Assembly: GCA_050251055.1 (NCBI GenBank)
Contig: JBFWNL010000004.1
Location: forward strand, 224,001-288,000
DNA length: 64,000 nt
Source of the DNA: Bacteriovoracia bacterium
GTDB lineage: Bacteria > Bdellovibrionota > UBA1018 > JBFWNL01
Direction of reading: 5' to 3'
Below are positions 59,547-64,000 of the stretch, in pieces (positions within the stretch are counted from its first letter, which is position 1; each line of letters opens with the position of its first letter). The notes under the pieces were generated by a model. It was not told the origin of the DNA. It worked only from the letters and a program-made list of their open reading frames with translations, and made no database searches. A program made the position numbers and the translations under genes.

Positions 59547-61028
59547 CTACCCTAAAATCAGCTCGAGAGAGCGGCCCGTCCAATACAAAATCGGTTCGGC
59601 GAAGATGCTGAGCAAGCCGACGGGTACAAGCAAAAGAATCAAGAACGCGCGCTGTCGCGGAACAAATGCGAGGGGTGGGTTCGTATTTCCCACGTACTCC
59701 CGATACTGTCCCATGAGCTGGAAACAGAGCCGGCCGAAGACCGCGACCGACACCAAACTCGAACCCACCGCGAGCGCCGCGAGACCAAACCACTCCCGTT
59801 CGACGATGGCGTCGACGAGCGCGAAGCGACCGATGAATCCCGGCAATGGCGGGAAACCCACAAAGCTCGCCAGAAAGAACACTAAACACAAGCATTCTGG
59901 TAAGGATTTGGCGAGCATTCCTCGAAAATCAGAAAGTCGATCAGATCCTAACCGATCGAAAAAGAAGGAAAATACCCCAAAAATTCCAGCCAGAGAAAAA
60001 AGATCAACCAAAAGACAGTAGAGCAGTGCGGCAACTCCACTGTGATTCAATACTAAGAGGCCCATCATTAAGAAACCCATGTGCGCCACGAGCAGGGCAC
60101 TCACCAGGCGCTTCGCGCCTTGTTGCCGAAGCGCCAGTAACGACCCAACCACCATCGTCGTCCCCGACACGAGCGCCACGATCTGCGGCCACTCCGTCAA
60201 AAGCTGACCGCCGGATGCCGCCACATCGGCGGCGCCCGGCCCGCCGAACACGACGAGAAAGAAACGAATCGCAACGGCGATCCCCACGGTCGGAATTCCC
60301 AAACCCAGATAAATCCCCGAAGGCGTGGGCGCGCCTTCAATCACGTCCGGTACCCAGAGGTACATCGGAAAAACCCCGGCGAAGAAACTCAGCGCGAGAA
60401 AAATCAGCACGAAGACCAGCAAGCCCGTCTCGCGCGGGATAGGATTCGCGGCCAGTGCGGCGTGAATCTCGTAAATATTTAACGTATGCGTGAGCGTAAA
60501 GAGGATGGCGATGCCGAACAGGAAGAAAACCGAAGCCACGGCGCCGAAGACCAGGAACTTAATGGCCGCCTCCGTCGAGCGCACCTCCTCCTTCGCGTAC
60601 CCGGCGGCGAAATAGCCGATCACGCACATGAGCTGGCACCCCAGGAAAATCAGGAGCAGATCGACCGAACAAACGACCAGGCACATCGCGAGCGCGGCCG
60701 CGACGAGGAACACGAAGTACTCCGTGCGCCGGCTTTGCCGGATTTCGGCGGAAAAATAAACCGTAATGGCCGCGAGCACCGCCAGCACGAGCAAGAAGAG
60801 CTTGAAGAAGATGGAAATACCGTCGATGACGATCGAACCGCCGAAAAGTTTCGTCCCCAAGCTTTTATAAGTAAAGAGCACCTGGATAAAAGCGGTACCG
60901 AGCCCCAGCAAGGTGGTGCCCACCACGACCCGGGTGCGTTCGCCCCGATAAGCGATTTCGGCGAAGACTAGCCCCGCCAAGGTCAGCAGCAGGTAGGCCT
61001 CGGGCATGAAAAGCAGAAATTCCTGCAA
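59547..61028 (-). CDS. Divergent NuoN paralog lacking channel Glu/Lys residues
   Basis: STEAAIKF, WVPDVIEGAPTP retained; key charges substituted. Confidence 0.85.
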   Translation of the reverse strand: MQEFLLFMPEAYLLLTLAGLVFAEIAYRGERTRVVVGTTLLGLGTAFIQVLFTYKSLGTKLFGGSIVIDGISIFFKLFLLVLAVLAAITVYFSAEIRQSRRTEYFVFLVAAALAMCLVVCSVDLLLIFLGCQLMCVIGYFAAGYAKEEVRSTEAAIKFLVFGAVASVFFLFGIAILFTLTHTLNIYEIHAALAANPIPRETGLLVFVLIFLALSFFAGVFPMYLWVPDVIEGAPTPSGIYLGLGIPTVGIAVAIRFFLVVFGGPGAADVAASGGQLLTEWPQIVALVSGTTMVVGSLLALRQQGAKRLVSALLVAHMGFLMMGLLVLNHSGVAALLYCLLVDLFSLAGIFGVFSFFFDRLGSDRLSDFRGMLAKSLPECLCLVFFLASFVGFPPLPGFIGRFALVDAIVEREWFGLAALAVGSSLVSVAVFGRLCFQLMGQYREYVGNTNPPLAFVPRQRAFLILLLVPVGLLSIFAEPILYWTGRSLELILG

Positions 61029-61057
61029 GAAACTCCCCTTCTATTTACTTCCGGCCC

Positions 61058-62581
61058 TTAGGCCGACAACGCCGCCAAAAGCTGGGCGACCGACGGGCGA
61101 ATCACGTCCAACAACGGTTTGGGATAGACCCCGAATACGATCAACAATCCTACGATCGGCGTGAAGCAAAGTTTTTCCCGCCAGGTCAGGTCAAAGACCC
61201 GTTTGGATTCACCCCGCTCGTGCCCCAGGAATATCTTCATGAACACCTGGAACAAGCCGTACACGAGCACCACGAAAGATGCTCCAATCACCAAGACGGA
61301 AAACACCGAAACTCCGAAACCGCCGATCAAGATCAGCGACTGTCCGACGAAACCGCCCAGCCCCGGCACGCACAGCAAAGCGCCCAGAATTAAGCTCACG
61401 GTTAAGGTGAGCACGGGTGAGTGGCGAACGACGCCCCCGAAATGCGGTTGGCCATCGTCGCCCAGGAAGCTCGTCTTCTCCGTGCGTTCGCGCAGCAAAC
61501 CAAAGAAAAGACCGAAGCCCGAAAGCGCGAGGCCAAACGCGAACTCGTGGTAGAGCGATCCCACGACGCCGGCGGAGCCGCCCGAAGCGATGCCCACCAG
61601 GGAAAGACCGATCTGGTTCATACAAAGATACGCGAAGACCATGCGCAGCTCGCGCTGGGCCACGCATAGGATGGCCGAAAAAATAAATCCCACTTCGCCA
61701 ATGGCCAAAATCCAAGGCTGGAAATGCGACATTTCCATCGGAAAAATGAGGTATCCCAGCTTTGTAAAAAGATAGAGCGCCACGGGGACGAACACGCCGC
61801 CGAATGCGATCGCCACCGAGGCCGGCGCCTGCGTCATCGCGTAGGTGAACCATCCGTGGATCGGCCAGATCGGAATGCGCAGCATGAACGAAAGCGCGAA
61901 AAGCAGAAAGGCCAGACGCGAGACCGGCATATCCAGGCCGAGCATCGACACCTCGCCCTTCCAGAACTTGCCCCCGAAAAGCTCCTTGATCGAAAAACTA
62001 TTGGGATCCACCGAGTAATAGATCAGGATCAGGACCACAAAAAACAGCGCGCTGCCCGCCGAGGCGGTGACGAAAAACCGGAAGCCGGCTTTTTCCCGGG
62101 CTTCATCGCCCCAGATGATGAATAGGAAGTAAAACGGCAAGGCGCTGAGCAGCCAGAAGAAGCAAACCAGGAATAGATTTTGGGCGGTCACCACCCCGAT
62201 CAGCGTCGCTTGCAGCAATAGAAAAAGGGCCTGCATGCCCATGCGCCCGCTCGGCTGCTTCCACTCCGCGCCGATCAGGATCGGGAAGATCACGGCGATC
62301 AGAAGCACGAGCGGGGCGTTCAACCCGTCCAGGCCGACCGCGTAAGCAATGGAATACGAGTCCACCCAGGAAAGCGATTCCAACCCCTGAAACAGCGTCG
62401 CGCCCTTATTAAACTGGGCCAACAGCGCGAAGGCGCACAGACTGGACAGGATGCTCGACACGAGCCCGATCCACTTGATCCACGGCACGGATTTGGAGTT
62501 GGAAAAGAGCGGCGAAAGCCCCAGCCCGAGCACGCCCAACAACGGAAACAAGATAGTGAGACTGCAAAGGTAGTTCAACAA
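61058..62581 (-). CDS. Divergent NuoM paralog lacking channel Glu/Lys residues
   Basis: GLDGL, RIPIWPIHGW, QAPA, PGLGGFVGQ. Confidence 0.85.
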   Translation of the reverse strand: MLNYLCSLTILFPLLGVLGLGLSPLFSNSKSVPWIKWIGLVSSILSSLCAFALLAQFNKGATLFQGLESLSWVDSYSIAYAVGLDGLNAPLVLLIAVIFPILIGAEWKQPSGRMGMQALFLLLQATLIGVVTAQNLFLVCFFWLLSALPFYFLFIIWGDEAREKAGFRFFVTASAGSALFFVVLILIYYSVDPNSFSIKELFGGKFWKGEVSMLGLDMPVSRLAFLLFALSFMLRIPIWPIHGWFTYAMTQAPASVAIAFGGVFVPVALYLFTKLGYLIFPMEMSHFQPWILAIGEVGFIFSAILCVAQRELRMVFAYLCMNQIGLSLVGIASGGSAGVVGSLYHEFAFGLALSGFGLFFGLLRERTEKTSFLGDDGQPHFGGVVRHSPVLTLTVSLILGALLCVPGLGGFVGQSLILIGGFGVSVFSVLVIGASFVVLVYGLFQVFMKIFLGHERGESKRVFDLTWREKLCFTPIVGLLIVFGVYPKPLLDVIRPSVAQLLAALSA

Positions 62582-62584
62582 AGC

Positions 62585-64000
62585 TTATGTCCCCAAATAG
62601 AAGTGCCCGAGCAAAGCGACGACAAAAAACAAGACCAGCAACAAATACCATTGCAGATCACCGTTTTGTACCACCTGCACGACTTTGGCTGGCACTATCA
62701 TACTCTGCTTGAGTACCCAATCAATCGATTTTGCCGAGACCCGGTCTATTTTCGCGAATCCGCGCGCGGTATGCTCCAGGCTTTTCCCGGCGAAATCCGC
62801 CATTTTTTTCTGCCACAATCGCCGGGCAAACACGGCATCGAGCGCGATCGAAGCGCGCGCGATCGAGTTCCACGCTTTCCCCACCCCTTCATCGACGAAG
62901 AAGCCTTGCGCCACAAAGCGATAAAAGGGGGGACGCTTCTTCTCCCACTTAGCGAAGACGTTACGCATCCAGTAAGCGATCAACAGGCCCGCGAGAACCG
63001 CGGCGAGCTGCGTGGGAACGATGCGCTGGACCGAATCCAACGTCAGGTGCCGGGCATCGATCAGCTCCTTCGGATACTCCAGCAAGCTAAACTGAAAGAG
63101 ACGGTCACTCCCGTCGCGAAGCAGATCGCCCGTCAGGGTGCCCGACCAAGTCAAAGTCAGCACCGAAACCAACGCCAGCCAAACGAAAACATTCAGACTC
63201 CAATGCATCAGCGGCGTCGAGAGTCGACGCCACGACGCCAGGAGGATGCGAAAGAACGAAAAGCCCAAGGCAAGGTAGAGAATCACGGCCGTCGCGAGCG
63301 CGGGCGGATTCTCCCAAAGCGCGCCCAACAACGGCACGGCGCCCAGGGTACCGACCCAGCCCGGCAGGCCCAAAGCGGCCCCCACGGCAAAAACGGCGGC
63401 GACCTTGTTCATCACCGAACCCGATGCCGCTTTCGTTTCCTTCGGCTTGCCGCGCTCGTCACCAAAAAGCAGGGCAAACAGCACGAGAGCGCCCAATGTC
63501 GCGGAAACGAAAACCATGAAGCCGGCGCCGGCGCCCACGAATGCGAGCGCCGTGAGCGAGCCGCACTGAGCGGCGTTTAACCAGCAAGCCAGGCCACGCT
63601 TGGCGTTCTCTTGAAACCCCGCCACCAAAGCGGAAATCATTCCCGACGCCGCCCCGACGTAACCCAGCACGGGAAGGATACCCACTTCCCGCAGATGCGG
63701 CTCGAGTCGATAAAGCAGGCAAAATGCAGACGAAGCCAAGAACACCTGGCAAACCAGCGTTCGCGGCAGCACCAACGCTTCCGGGGTGGCGGCGATCCAG
63801 TTCAACCAGGGGAAGCCGCGCAACAAAAGATAAGCCCCTAGTACGAGCAGGGTCGCACCGAACTCCACAGAACCCAGCTGCGGCCAAGCCCCGTATACGT
63901 CGTACCGCAAGGAAGCGCCGGCATGCACCAAAACGCCCGCCCCCACCGCTACCACGAAAATACCGAGCACCGGCTCGGAGAGCTGTCGCACGGGGAAGGT
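62585..64000 (-). CDS. Highly divergent NuoL-like protein (5' end probably beyond the window)
   Basis: Polytopic; C-terminal GFFVDE...VQNGDLQWY matches the NuoL lateral-helix end (cf. VQTGSLQVY). Confidence 0.75.
   Translation of the reverse strand, partial: TFPVRQLSEPVLGIFVVAVGAGVLVHAGASLRYDVYGAWPQLGSVEFGATLLVLGAYLLLRGFPWLNWIAATPEALVLPRTLVCQVFLASSAFCLLYRLEPHLREVGILPVLGYVGAASGMISALVAGFQENAKRGLACWLNAAQCGSLTALAFVGAGAGFMVFVSATLGALVLFALLFGDERGKPKETKAASGSVMNKVAAVFAVGAALGLPGWVGTLGAVPLLGALWENPPALATAVILYLALGFSFFRILLASWRRLSTPLMHWSLNVFVWLALVSVLTLTWSGTLTGDLLRDGSDRLFQFSLLEYPKELIDARHLTLDSVQRIVPTQLAAVLAGLLIAYWMRNVFAKWEKKRPPFYRFVAQGFFVDEGVGKAWNSIARASIALDAVFARRLWQKKMADFAGKSLEHTARGFAKIDRVSAKSIDWVLKQSMIVPAKVVQVVQNGDLQWYLLLVLFFVVALLGHFYLGT

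Overview
The window has three parts. (1) 1-27.5 kb is the right arm of a visibly more AT-rich integrative conjugative element (ICE). It ends in a large serine recombinase whose ORF runs into the 3' end of tRNA-Ser(GCT). It carries a copper module (cusB'/cusA, a Csp3-like four-helix Cu protein, a cyclodipeptide synthase and two decayed small genes), a VirB-like T4SS with an FtsK-type coupling protein and a Replic_Relax/MOB_L-like relaxase, and a candidate oriT with six 11-bp-phased TGTAG repeats. The main find is a seven-gene minus-strand cassette: sigma54 activator, 72-aa stand-alone His protein, orphan peptide-binding lipoprotein, a hidden 25-aa peptide with a strong RBS (missed by the ORF track), aKG-HExxH-type enzyme, MFS exporter and hybrid histidine kinase. 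It faces away from a palindromic site and a -24/-12 promoter in front of the conjugation genes. I infer a RiPP-like peptide quorum-sensing phosphorelay (LuxPQUO-like layout) controlling ICE transfer. (2) 27.6-41.5 kb is GC-richer accessory DNA: OmpA, a fibre-like lipoprotein, a Chlamydia-type CADD-folB-folKP-cofE folate cluster, a secreted-protein cluster and a 52-bp inverted repeat abutting tRNA-Ser(TGA). (3) 41.6-64 kb holds serS, a GYF/TPR protein and nuoA-N, preceded by a second nuoLMN-like set that has lost the conserved proton-channel Glu/Lys residues. Gene content suggests a Bdellovibrionota/Oligoflexia-like host (inference only). All calls come from reading motifs by eye; no searches were run.
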